The notes below the pieces were generated by a model. The model did no database searches. It saw only the letters and a list, made by a program, of their open reading frames with translations, and was not told where the DNA came from. A DNA stretch of 64,000 bases from Octopus vulgaris. Lineage: Eukaryota. Where the stretch lies: assembly GCA_951406725.2 (NCBI GenBank), contig OX597831.1, forward strand, positions 77,438,001 to 77,502,000, given 5' to 3'. The position numbers were made by a program, and so were the translations under genes. Below, in pieces: positions 28,966 to 41,100 of this stretch (position 1 is the first letter of the stretch; the number at the start of each line of letters is the position of its first letter).

Positions 28966-29177
28966 CACACATATGTTTAAACACATGTATATATATATAA
29001 ATACATATATATATACATATATTTATATAATTGTATGTATGAGGGTGTATATATATATATGTATATGTCAGTATAAATGTTTATATGTTTTATATATCTA
29101 TATATATTCTATGTTTATATGTACGTACGTACATAGTCATGCACACATACATACATACATACATACATACATACGCA

Positions 29178-29208
<31 letters not shown>

Positions 29209-30230
29209 GTCTATGCTTGTGCATGTGTGTGCGCGCGCGCGTGAGTATGTGTGTATATATACATAGATATATGTACACAGATGCACATACATACATTTAC
29301 ACATAGGCAAATATACATACATACATACATACATACATGCATGCATACATACATACATACATACATGCATTCATACATACATACATACATACATACATAC
29401 ATAAATACATACATACATACATACATACATACACACATACCTACATACATTAGCTGGGTGTATATTTCTTGTGTTCATGCTAAACAGTCGGAAATGGAAT
29501 GGGTGTGACATTCAGATGTCTGTTGTTAAAGAGACGGACGCAACAGCACCGGTAGTGACGACAGAACTCGCCTCTCCCCACCTCTCTCTCCCCTCTCTCT
29601 TTTTACTCTTTAACCCTTCTCTCTCTCTCCCTTTCTCCCTCTCTTTCTCCCTCTGCCTTTCTCTCGGTCTATGATGAGATTTAAGGCTGGTGGTGTTGTC
29701 TGATGTTTGAGGGATGTTGCGATGTCGCCGCTGTTGGTAATGAAGTATACGGTGCCAATGCTGTTCGAAACAGCGGTTGTTCCTGTTGTTTAACCCTAGG
29801 TTAACTCAGTCCAACCAAACTCATAACCAACGACATTGCAGAGTGACCACCCCCACCTAATCCGTCACCGTCGTCGTCGTCGTTTTGTGCTGGTTGTTTA
29901 GTCTTTGTGTATCTAGGACTACAAATTGTTTTTCGTTTCTTATTCGTCGGATCTGAAGGAAGGCTTCGGGCTTCACCTTGCCTTCCGATCGGCGTCAGAT
30001 CGATACTGGATTAACATAGATCACAGGTACTTGCTCTTGCTGTTGGTGTTTAGCTTTAGGTCATTCCTGAACGTTGAGACTTTTCATCAGGAAATGCAGC
30101 CTTGACATACCAGCGGGATTTGCGAAACTGTGTGTGTGCATGTATATGTGTGTGTGTGTGTGCGAAAGAGAGCGAGAGTGAGAGAGAGAAAGATAAATAG
30201 ATAGATAGAGAGAGAGAGAGAGAAAGATAA

Positions 30231-30271
<41 letters not shown>

Positions 30272-30342
30272 TAAATAGATAGATATATAGATAGAGAGAG
30301 AGAGTGAGAGGGAGAAAGATAGATAGATAGAGACAGAGAGAG

Positions 30343-30416
<74 letters not shown>

Positions 30417-31346
30417 AGAGGGAGAGAGAGAATGTTATTGAGTGACGTTTTCAGTATCTCAGCGTGGTGTGTTCCAAATTATCCTGAACTCGGAGACCTG
30501 ACACGAAAGTTTCCAACGAAATAGACTCTGCTTAAAAACCACCCAAGAACCAGGTAATAGCGTGTTAAGTCTTGTCACCCAAGTAGGCTTTTGTGTGATT
30601 TGAACTCGGACAGCAAGGAATCGGAACCAAAACGGCATGGCATCAGGTTCGATATAATTAACTATTCTGACAATCTACCATCATTGTTTGACACCATTTT
30701 TTTTTTATTGGCCCAGAAAATGTAGAAAGTTAGGTTGCTCTCAGCGAGGTTTGAACTCGGATCGCAGAGAGAACAAATGCCGCGACGAATTTTCTTCGAT
30801 GCTCAAATGACTCTTCCAATTTACCGAGTATTTAGATCGGACGTTTTAATTTCAGAGTAGCATATTCGTTTACTCCTTCAAGGCTCGGAGTACTTGAACC
30901 TTCAAGGCTCGGACTCCTTGTTATGCGGCAGGAAGGCTGCTCATTATTTACTGATTTAACGGTTCCAAAAAAAAAAGACCCACAAAAAACAGTAACAAAA
31001 AACGAAAAAAAAAACCCCAGGTTTTCGAACACAAACATATGTAAGATGATTAGAATCAGCTACAAATACCTGAAGGCCAGGTGAGTGATGTTAAACCGGT
31101 TGACAGACGAGATTAACAATACCATCCACTTAATGACAGAAAAGAATCCCAAGAGCTTCCGTACATTTTCCACCACTTTTCACTAACGAATTACCATCCA
31201 CAAATCTTTTTCCACACGCGCGAGGATCTGGTAGAAACATTTTGACTTAGGCGCTGTGCCCTACCATCGAAGCCTTAGTTATGAAGCAAATTGTATAAGC
31301 AGACTACCATTTGTGTGTGTGTGTGTGTGTGTCTGTGTGTGTGTGA

Positions 31347-31642
31347 AGGCACATGGCCCAGTGGTTAGGGTGTCGGGCTTACATTCATAGGATAGCGAGT
31401 TCGATTCCCGGACGGGGCTGTGTGTTGTATTCTCGAGCAAAACACTTTATTTCACGTTGCTCCAGTTCCCTCAGCTGCAGAAATAATTTGTGACGTCACT
31501 GGAGCCACGCTGTATCGGACCCTTGCCTTTGTCTTGGATGACATCGATGGCGTGGAGAGGGGAGTTTGGCAGGCATGGGCAACTAGGAGGGGAACTTTCT
31601 AGTTGCAATCTCAAGGTCACTAATGACCGAACGGGGGCCATT

Positions 31643-31644
<2 letters not shown>
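31347..31644 (+). mobile_element. SINE-D copy
   Basis: Colinear with 19524-19860, with an internal deletion. Confidence 0.85.
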
Positions 31645-31736
<92 letters not shown>

Positions 31737-31761
31737 ATATATATACATATATATACATATA

Positions 31762-31860
<99 letters not shown>

Positions 31861-31926
31861 TTATATATGTACATATATGTATGTATATATATATATATAT
31901 GTATATATAATATATATATATATATG

Positions 31927-31971
<45 letters not shown>

Positions 31972-32084
31972 GTATATATATATTTATATATGTACATATA
32001 TGCATGTATATATATATATATGTATATATTTATATACACACACACATACACACACATACTCACACAGACACACACAGACACACA

Positions 32085-32159
<75 letters not shown>

Positions 32160-32616
32160 CTTCTGGGTAATAAATTTATAACGTGCATCTCCAACCTTCC
32201 CTACGGTTTTCGGTCACCGGCCCTCACAAAGCCACTTACACGAGGAGGTGCGAGTACACACCTACTGCTGGATCATATTTATGTATAACAATATTCCTAA
32301 TATATGAAACACTCAGCGATGCACAGAAACAATTGTTGTGGTTTGGATCAAAGCCTGTTCATTCCATCTCCTTGTATCACATATATATGTGTATGTGTGC
32401 ATGTGTGTGCGCGTATATTTGTGTCTATATGTCATTTTGCATGTATTTTTTCCCGCTGCATGTATACATCTGTGTGTGTGTGTGTGAGGTCAGAGTACGG
32501 TTCATTGTATATATATAGCTAATTCTTCGGGGGAAAGAAAGGAAATATTTGTGTATTGGATTCTATGTGTGAGTGAATGAATTTATTTCTTATAGTCTGT
32601 CTACCTACCTACCTAC

Positions 32617-32715
<99 letters not shown>

Positions 32716-32894
32716 CCTCTCTCTCTCACACACACTCTCTCTCCCACTCACACACACTCTCTCTCTCTCTCACTCACACACTCTCTCTCCTTCACACTCT
32801 CTCTCAGTCTGTCTGTCTCTCCTCTCTCTCTCTCTATCTCTCTCTCTCTCTATATATATATATACCTAGCTACCTACTTACCTACCTACCTACT

Positions 32895-32976
<82 letters not shown>

Positions 32977-33126
32977 GTCTATCTGTCTGTCTGTCTATCG
33001 GTCTGTCTGCGTGTTTGTATGTGTGAGACTGTGTGTGTGTCTGTCTATGTATCTACCCATATCTGTAATTATATTAGCCTAACCACCTGTGTTTATATAG
33101 ATAGATATACACACAGACACACACAC

Positions 33127-33163
<37 letters not shown>

Positions 33164-33174
33164 TGTATGTATAT

Positions 33175-33230
<56 letters not shown>

Positions 33231-33477
33231 ACATACACACACATATGGATACCTATTGCGCATCTCTGCTAATGTGTATATGTGTATATATGCATACACA
33301 TTGGTATGTGTATATGTCTGTGAATGTAAGTTTGTATCTTTCTTGATCTGTATGTACATGTATGTGTATATCAGCTTATGTAAATACATGTACGTGCATC
33401 CATATGTGTGTATGTAGGCATGCGTCCATCAATGTATATTTATATATAAGTAGTGGTGTGTGTATATGCACGTGTAT

Positions 33478-33527
<50 letters not shown>

Positions 33528-33797
33528 CTGCGTATATATGTGTGCATATACGTATGTTATTAATTTGAATGAAGACCAATAATTCTGGGTGGGTGTTCAA
33601 TGGCATTTCGACAAATATTGTGCGCTGCTATGGAAATGATGTTGTTGTTATGATTATTGTAGATTGCTTTTTAGTAGGGTGGCTATTTATAAGGGTGATT
33701 ATGGCAAGGGTGGGTGGCTATGTTAGTGGTAATGATGAAGGCAAGGGATACATCTCTAGATTTTAAATAATGCGAAATAGAAGCGGAGAAGCATATG

Positions 33798-33831
<34 letters not shown>

Positions 33832-34130
33832 TGGATACATATATGTATTTATACAAATATATTTACATATGTATATATGCATATCTATCTGTCTATCATC
33901 TATCTATCTATCTATCTATACATATATGAATATATATATATATATGTATAAATATAGTCTTTGTGCGTGTGTGTTTGTATTTGTATGTGTGTGTATGTAT
34001 ATATATATATATACGTATACATGTGTGATGGTATCTATATATATATATACATATATATGTGTGTGTGTATATATGTATATATATTAATATACATATATAT
34101 ACACACACACACATCTCTCTCTCTCTCTCT

Positions 34131-34170
<40 letters not shown>
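31645..34170. repeat. Run of (TA)n, (CA)n, (CTAT)n and (TG)n microsatellites with short unique spacers
   Basis: Directly visible. Confidence 0.85.
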
Positions 34171-34174
34171 CATA

Positions 34175-34279
34175 TTCTTTTATTCTTTTATTTGTGTGAA
34201 GGTAGGAATCGGGGACGTAAACACACCAGCATCGGTTGTCAAACGACGTTGGGGGGACAAACATGGACACACAAATATA

Positions 34280-34328
<49 letters not shown>

Positions 34329-34447
34329 GACGGGGATCCCTCAGTTTCCGCCTACCAAATCCACTCAGAAGGCTTTGGTCAGCCCGAAGCTACAGTAGAA
34401 GACACTTGCCCGAACCCGGAACCATGTGGTTGGTAAGAAAGCTACTT
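34175..34447 (-). mobile_element. SINE-B body (3' part of a split copy; its head is at 36644-36674)
   Basis: Ends at ggaaccatgtggttggtaagaaagctactt; resumes at agctacttaccacacaaccacccatgcgcct. Confidence 0.9.
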
Positions 34448-36643
34448 TATTTTATTAAATTTGCCATAAAGGCAGTACATAGAGTAAGGTAGCTTGCAGG
34501 CTGGACACGGACATTAATGAGATGAATGATAATGATGGGAGAAGACAGAAAGCGCCCGCTGACCCTCTTCTTCCCTATAACATTGTTCTTCCACAACCAT
34601 ACATTTGAGATATTAAACCTCTTACAATATTTCGATATTTCCAATTTATTTGGACTAAAAAGTCCATTACAAATAAAAACTATTTAAACTCACACTGGAG
34701 GCAATAAACCTCTTATACTAAATCACCCTTTCACCATCCCCGATTAACTCTCTTGCGGTCTACAGGCCATCCCGCACCCAGAAGTTGGGGCCCCACAAGA
34801 ACATTCTGTAATCCTCCTTAACGGAGTCCGTTATATGGACAAATTCCCTTCTTTCCAGTACCAGAGCAGCCACCTGCGGAGGCCACTCTGGACTGTCAAT
34901 ACAATCCGAGTACATCTCCACAAAGTTCTCAATAGCCCCTCCCTTGCGATAGAAGAACACAAATTCCTCTCTTTCACCGGGAGGGCCCTCAACTCGGTCG
35001 CTCGGTTGCTCGCTCGGAGGCACCATTTCCTCCAGCGAGGCCACGGGACATGCTGGCAGTACATCACAAACGGCCGGTACTCTCCCGCTTTTCTTTTTCT
35101 TCTTCCCCTACCCTCCGGTGGCACATATCCCACCGAAGGGGTTACGGGACATACCGCCAGTACACCAGCAACCGTCGGCAATGCCCCGTTTTTCTTCTTC
35201 CTCCTCTTTTTTCCTTTACGACGGGAGGGTGGAGTTCATCCGACCTGTCCGGAGGTCACTCCTTCCATCCCGTCGCCGCAGGATCCATCGGTGGGCAACC
35301 ATTGTTGCCCACCTTCTTTGTTTTTTTCCTTTTGTATTTGAGGAGGTTACCTCCACCTCGACTTGCTCCCTCTCTCCCTCCAATTGGAGAGCAGGGGGCT
35401 CCTCAACAATTAACTGTTCCAGGACCTTTGCCTGGTCATTACGACAATTTTTCTTTACGAGGTCCGGAAGCCGCGGGCGCCCGAGCCCGGTAGAGCCGAC
35501 CGCGAGTGCAGATCTCGGTGGTAGTAGCAAATATTAGTAATACCAGATCATCGGCTGATTGGATCCATAGGGTCAAAATTGTTTTTGACCCAACCCAATC
35601 AGCCGCAGGCAGAATTTTTAAATGCACAAGCTTGGCGGTGCTGCTACCCAGCCCCCAACGGATAGAATCCTCTATTCATTCGGGCTCCATAGCGGGTGGC
35701 AACCCACTCACATAAGCTCTTGTCAGTTTTCGCCCACCGTATGTGGGGAGAAACAAAATTTTCTTCCTTTTTATAGGTTGGCTTACGAATTTTTGCGTCT
35801 CCGCAGGGGTGTCGAAAAGCATGCACACAGTTGCGTACTTCGAACCCCTAAGGATAAACCTAAAAGTTGGAAGGAACCCTGCCAACTCATTTTCAATATC
35901 ATTGCGAGAGAAAACCGTAATGGTGTCGGGAGACCTACAATAGGTTCTCAACACCACGGTCCTCTCGTTGAAATACTTCAATCACTTTTCTGCTGGCTTA
36001 ATTCCAAAGTTTTCTTTGCCATTTTTATGGAAGAAGAGAAAAGGCCAAATTGTTCGCAAACAATAGGTCCCAAAAACGTTCAACTGAAGTCAATAATAAA
36101 GTCAATGATAGTAAAAACAAAAAAAGGACGGAAAAACAGAAGAGAGAAGAAAGAAGGAAGGAAAACAGTACACAATGATGGCAGGAAGACAGTTCGAATG
36201 GCACAATTTTGCTACTCTCGTAATCCACGTGAAAGTTAATAATCCGTTGCAGCACAAAATTTTCTACTTTCATCCAACTTTTATGGCCGCCTCCATAAAC
36301 CCAAAGTAGATCCAATGGTAAATCCAATGGTAAATCCAGGACACGAACACAGTCAGAAGAAGACAATTTTTACAATAACTTTTCCGGCGGTATACGCCTC
36401 CCAAAAAATACAATTCTCACTACACAGTGAGTCTTTTCGCACAACCACAGGCAGACAAATGTCTGGAACCCAGTGGAGACCCTTTTTCGACACAAATTAT
36501 TACATACAAACAACAGACCCCACTGAGCTCCCTAAAAAACAAACACCTGACCTGTAGTTGTGCTTCAATTTTTCAATTATTCAACGTCGACCGACTTGAC
36601 TCCCAAGCGCAAAAAAAACACGCACTCTCCTGTGAAGTAAGGG
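34448..36643 (-). mobile_element. ORF1-only non-LTR-type retroelement, copy 1 (complete, ~2.2 kb), inserted in the SINE-B head
   Basis: 8-bp TSD agctactt at 34440-34447 and 36644-36651; ~620-bp 5' UTR, decayed ORF1, ~310-bp 3' UTR ending aataaaataa; no RT or endonuclease. Confidence 0.85.
34760..36022 (-). pseudogene. Decayed ORF1/gag-like protein (RRM-like + zinc-knuckle remnant + basic linker + C-terminal domain)
   Basis: ATG at 36022; segments ERTVVLRTY..RGSKYATV..FLPTYGGRKLTRAYVSGLPP, PDLVKKNC, KVGNNGCPP, CIDSPEWPPQVAALV; a TGA at 35676-35678 aligns with W in the 46177 homologue; several frameshifts. Confidence 0.8.
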
Positions 36644-36675
36644 AGCTACTTACCACACAACCACCCATGCGCCTA

Positions 36676-37017
36676 AATAGCCTCGGCCCGACCGAAGCCT
36701 TGTGAGTAGACTTGGTAGACGGAAACAGATAAAAGCCCGTCGTATATATATATATATCTGTGTGTTGTGTGTGTGTGTGTGTGTGTGTATGTGTGTGTAT
36801 GCGTATGTGTGTGCATATGTTTGTCCCCCTACTATCGCGTGGCAACAGATGCTGGTGTGTTTACGTCCCCGTCCCTTAGCGGTTCGGCAAAACTTAACGA
36901 TAGACTAAGTACTACGCTTACAAAGAATAAGTCCTGGGGTCCATTTGTTCAACTAAAGGTAGTGCTCCAACATGGCCGCCGTCAAATGACTGAAACAAGT
37001 AAAAGAATAAAAGAAAA

Positions 37018-37018
<1 letters not shown>
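36676..37018 (+). mobile_element. SINE-B, 5'-truncated
   Basis: tagcctcggcccgaccgaagccttgtgag ... gactgaaacaagtaaaagaataaaaga. Confidence 0.88.
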
Positions 37019-37076
<58 letters not shown>

Positions 37077-37148
37077 GTATATATGTATATATGTATATAT
37101 ATATATATATGCATACATATATCTGCATACATAAGTATATATATATAT

Positions 37149-37179
<31 letters not shown>

Positions 37180-37204
37180 ATATGTTACAATTATTCAATA
37201 GTCA

Positions 37205-37265
37205 AGATAAAACTCTGTTTCAGATGCCGATGTGGAGAACCACAACACCATCTCTTCGGTTATCT
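37205..37265 (-). ncRNA. Hammerhead-like motif in the 3' repeat of the Penelope-like element
   Basis: agataa CCGAAGA gatg...catct GAAAC aga GTT ttatct; same strand as, and downstream of, the PLE ORF. Confidence 0.6.
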
Positions 37266-37894
37266 GGCCATCTGAAAAACGCTATGAAAAAATACCGTTA
37301 TATAAAGGGAAATTACTGTGTAATAATTCCGCTACTTATATAAAATAAGATTAAAAGTTCATGGTAAATACGTAAAGATGGCTACTCATACACTCATATG
37401 TGCGCTCGCGGACTCACGTGCGTACTTATACGTCACTATGAAAACGTACACATCTTCACTCGCATTTTTCGCCAAATGTATACGCATATATATACAAACT
37501 CATATACACACACGCGTACTGTAAAAGTTCATACATACGTCTATATACGCACAAGCACAAGAAAAAACATGGTTAAAGGTAACAATACAGAAAAAACAAG
37601 GAAGTATATAAAGCGTAAAAACCACGTTCATATACGGACATGCCATTATGCACTCATACACGCACACACCCATATATGTACATACCCGCACATGTTTATA
37701 TACGCAAACACACACACGCATACACAAGAAAAGGATTATACATACGCCTCCAAAAAACCCGAAAAAATTGTAAAAATACTAAGTAAAAACGTCTATATAT
37801 ATGTATTCTTATGCCCGCACACACGCACACACACATCTAAACCTGCCCACTGATACATATTCACACACGTGTACAAATGAATCTATATACACGT

Positions 37895-38500
37895 CTATAT
37901 AGGCACAGGAAAAATGCAGGATGGAAGAGTACAGAAAAAATTATTACGTGTGAAAATATAAAAATATATGAAATAATAAAAGGTATAATGAGATAAAAAA
38001 AACTTTTTTGGACATAATATAGAAAGCAAGTTCTGTCTGTTTTCTTGAGGGGACCAAAAACGTAACAAAAATTTTGTCACATCTGGGCATGACCCGAAAA
38101 GTTCTGTCCTTGAGTTTAGACATGTAGTAGGGTCTAAGCTGCTTTTCCAGATAAGCCATCTCTCCATGTCGCATAGACCGCACTTTCCGCTGCCGTTGGT
38201 GTAGGGCTTACATTTGGCCAAAATCTTCCAATGGATGTTGTAATTGACACCTTTAACTTTTAATGACCAAATATGATTAGATACTTTTGTCGCTTTTCTT
38301 TTGTTCCAGTGCCTAAAACTCAAGGTGTGGTTATTGAACCTGTCCTTGAAATTATCCTCTGTAAGGCCCACGTATTTCTTCGTCGAAACGGTGTCTGTAG
38401 TGGTTATAGAGTCCACGGTAGCTTCACAGATGATGGTCTCGGGCATGCAAGCTCCATTTAGCGGGCACAATTTTTTATTCCTGCAAGAACAGCTGTTTTC
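37895..38500 (-). pseudogene. PLE GIY-YIG endonuclease domain
   Basis: IICEATV...YVGLTE..FKDRFNNH..SF...HIW...CGLCDME...LNSRTE. Confidence 0.88.
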
Positions 38501-38641
38501 TTGTGGTTTTTGTGTGTTATGTGTGATTACATTTTTTAAATTGGTAGTTGAACTAAAACTAATTTTAAAATTGTGTTTATTGAAGAGTTTCCTATAAGTA
38601 TGGTTAACTAGAAATGTCTATCTATCAGTGTTAAGAAATAT

Positions 38642-39660
38642 TTACCTATATTGAAGGTCACCTCGGGTGAGTAAGGGGGGAAACCAGATGATCTTCCTAT
38701 TTCTATTTTTCCTCTTCTCTACTGTTGGGCTAGTAACAGGTGTATATTTTATTTTTTCGCTAAAACCACTATCTTTTAAAGCCTTATAAACTGGGGCAAC
38801 GCTATTAAAAATGTCCTTATCGGAGGAGAGGCTAAAAATTTTCTTACTAATATTTTTAACTAAATTTTTGAATACTATAAGGGGATGGCATGAGCCTACA
38901 TTAATATAACTAAGTCTATCATTGGGCTTCCTATAAGGCTTATAAATATTCTTATTAAGATCTAAGGAAACGTCTAGGAAATTGACAACCGTCAGGTTAG
39001 TATCTATAGTTATTCTAAGTCCGAAGTATTTCATTAATTGAAATTGGATAATAATCTTCCTAAAACGATCTTGTGCTGGTCCATTTGTATTAGCTGTTAA
39101 GGCGAGGGCATCATCTTTGTAGATGGCGAAATGTACGTCAGGGAATGTCTTACCTAAGGTATCTAAGAGAAAAAATCCAATAAGATCGCAAATGCCTGCC
39201 CCATCATATGACCCCATGCTCACATCGAAAGCGCCTTCTGTGTCAGTGTTTTTGACCCACTTTGCATTCTCACTGAAAAGTAAGGTCTTTCTAGCATGGA
39301 AGATTATGTCCTTATCATTTGTACTAATTTCTATGAAGTCGCTAGCGAAGACGAGGGCTTTATCTAGCAGTTCTTTAGAGATAGAGGCATAAAAATCAAC
39401 AATATCGAATTGTGTAAACCTCGCTTTTTTCTTATTCTTAATGGCTTTAAACCAGTCTACGACTTCTATACTATTGGACCAGTGTACTAGCCTAGTAGCG
39501 GTCTTGATTTTTGCATTTATTTTATCTAAAATTTCTTTACTAATAATCCCAAGTTCTGACTTAGCTGGGTTGATAAGCCTACATTTAGGGTTGGAAAGGA
39601 AGTTCTCTTTGTGGTCTTTAATTGTAATAAAGGCCTCTTTTTGGGGAAGGACTTCTATTT
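38642..39660 (-). pseudogene. PLE reverse transcriptase domain
   Basis: The frame of ORF 38642-39223 extends upstream through IEVLPQKEAFITIKDHKENFLSNPKCRLINPAKSELG. Confidence 0.88.
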
Positions 39661-39796
39661 TTTTTATCTAATTTAAGTTTAGCGGCGATAACGCTAGATT
39701 CTTTATTAATTTCATTATAGGTCTGTGGCCTAGCCTTAGTGTAATTATTAATGATGCTTACCACACAGCCACTCCTACGCCTAGTACAATATATAT

Positions 39797-40495
39797 GATT
39801 GATTGATTGATTGATTGATTCTAGTTTCAGCTTATGAGCTGTGGCCATGCTGGGGCACCGCCATTTGGTGTTGCTACTTGGTTTCACTTCACGAAAGCTT
39901 TCTAGCAACTGCCATTTGGTGCATGACAGAGTTCGATGCAGCTGCCCTCATCTGCCCCTCCTGCCGTGAAGTTGGTTCATCTGGGACACCTGACAGGAAG
40001 AGATCCAGCTTCATTTTAAAGACATCTGCATCCACCCCATGCAGGTCTCTCAGATTCTTCGGGAGGATATTGAAGAGCTGTGGGCCTCGGAAGCCCAGGC
40101 TATCACAGAATCTTGTCCTACATCTTGATGGCAAGTTTGGAGTCCTAGGCACCACGCAGTGGCGCCCAGTTCTGGCATTTGCGTAACTCTCGATGCCAAA
40201 GTTCAGGACACGTCCCTCCAGGATCTTCCAGATGTATATTATGGCATATCTTTCCCGCCTACGCTCCAGGGAATATAGTTTTAATCTCTTGAGTCTTTCC
40301 CAGTAGCTTACATTCTGCATAGAGGCTATCTTCTTCGTGTAGCTACGTTGGATCGCCTCGAGCTCTGTGATCAACTTGACACTGGATGGTGACCATAACT
40401 GAGAGCAGTAGTCAAAGTGGCTTAGGACAAGTGTCCTCCAGAGGACCATCATGGTTTCTTGTTCTCTTGTTCTAAAGGTTCTGAGGATCCATCCG
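39797..40495 (-). mobile_element. 3' end of a CR1/L2-group LINE with an (AATC)n tail
   Basis: ORF 39889-40452: LVLSHFDYCSQLWSP...LEAIQR..TK...YWERLKRLKLYSLERRRER...FKMKLD; short 3' UTR followed by tandem aatc. Confidence 0.9.
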
Positions 40496-40507
40496 TTTTT
40501 TTTAAGT

Positions 40508-40890
40508 GGAGGCGCAATGGCCCAGTGGTTAGGGCAGCGGACTCGCGGTCGTAGGATCGCGGTTTCGATTCCCAGACCGGGCGTTGTGAGTGTTTATTGA
40601 GCGAAAACACCTAAAGCTCCACGAGGCCCCAGCAGGGGATGGTGGTGATCCCTGCTGTACTCTTTCACCACAACTCTCTCTCTCTCTTACTTCCTGTTTC
40701 TGTTGTACCTGTATTTCAAGGGGCCGGCCTTGTCACTCTCTGTGTCACGCTGAATCTCCCCTAGAACTACGTTAAGGGTACACGTGTCTGTGGAGTGCTC
40801 AGCCACTTACACGTTAATTTCACGAGCAGGCTGTTCCGTTGATTCGGATCAACCGGAACCCTCGTCGTCGGAACCGACGGAGTGCTTCCC
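40508..40890 (+). mobile_element. SINE-A, full length
   Basis: Near-identical to 56029-56412 and 56635-57016; A-box tggcccagtggttagg, B-box-like gtttcgattcc. Confidence 0.93.
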
Positions 40891-41100
40891 ATATTTAAAA
40901 AAAAAATATTTTCTATAATTTGTATATATTTATTTTATCATAAATGCAAAACATCACCACTGAGGGACATAAGCTTCAAAAATAAACCGCGATTGGTGTA
41001 CCGCTTTATGGCGAAGGATGACTATGTTGTAAATCCGTGGTTACGCTTCAGTTATTCTGGTTTTTACACAGAGTGATATACAAGACAAGGTATAAATAAA

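Larger units (their letters stand above)
37190..39756 (-). mobile_element. Penelope-like retroelement, 5'-truncated and frameshifted
   Basis: RT motifs KDHK..P.CRLINP, FDIVDFY, MGSYDGA, YKDDAL, FLDVSLDL, YRKP, HP; Cys linker CSCR..CPLNGAC; C-terminal GIY-YIG; the 3' boundary is approximate. Confidence 0.9.

Noticed and set aside
29671-29703. ATGATGA...CTGA as a C/D-box snoRNA
   Set aside because: Only ~33 nt in total, with no terminal stem.
30832-31080. Possible terminal exon (polypyrimidine tract, AG at 30951-30952, ...NEYATLKLKRPI*) with a nearby GT donor
   Set aside because: The putative upstream exon hits an in-frame stop within 15 codons with no acceptor; no recognisable homology; needs RNA-seq.
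40508-40585. tRNA-like sequences at SINE-A, -B and -D heads as tRNA genes
   Set aside because: They continue into SINE bodies with tails and TSDs, and lack a proper acceptor stem and poly-T terminator.
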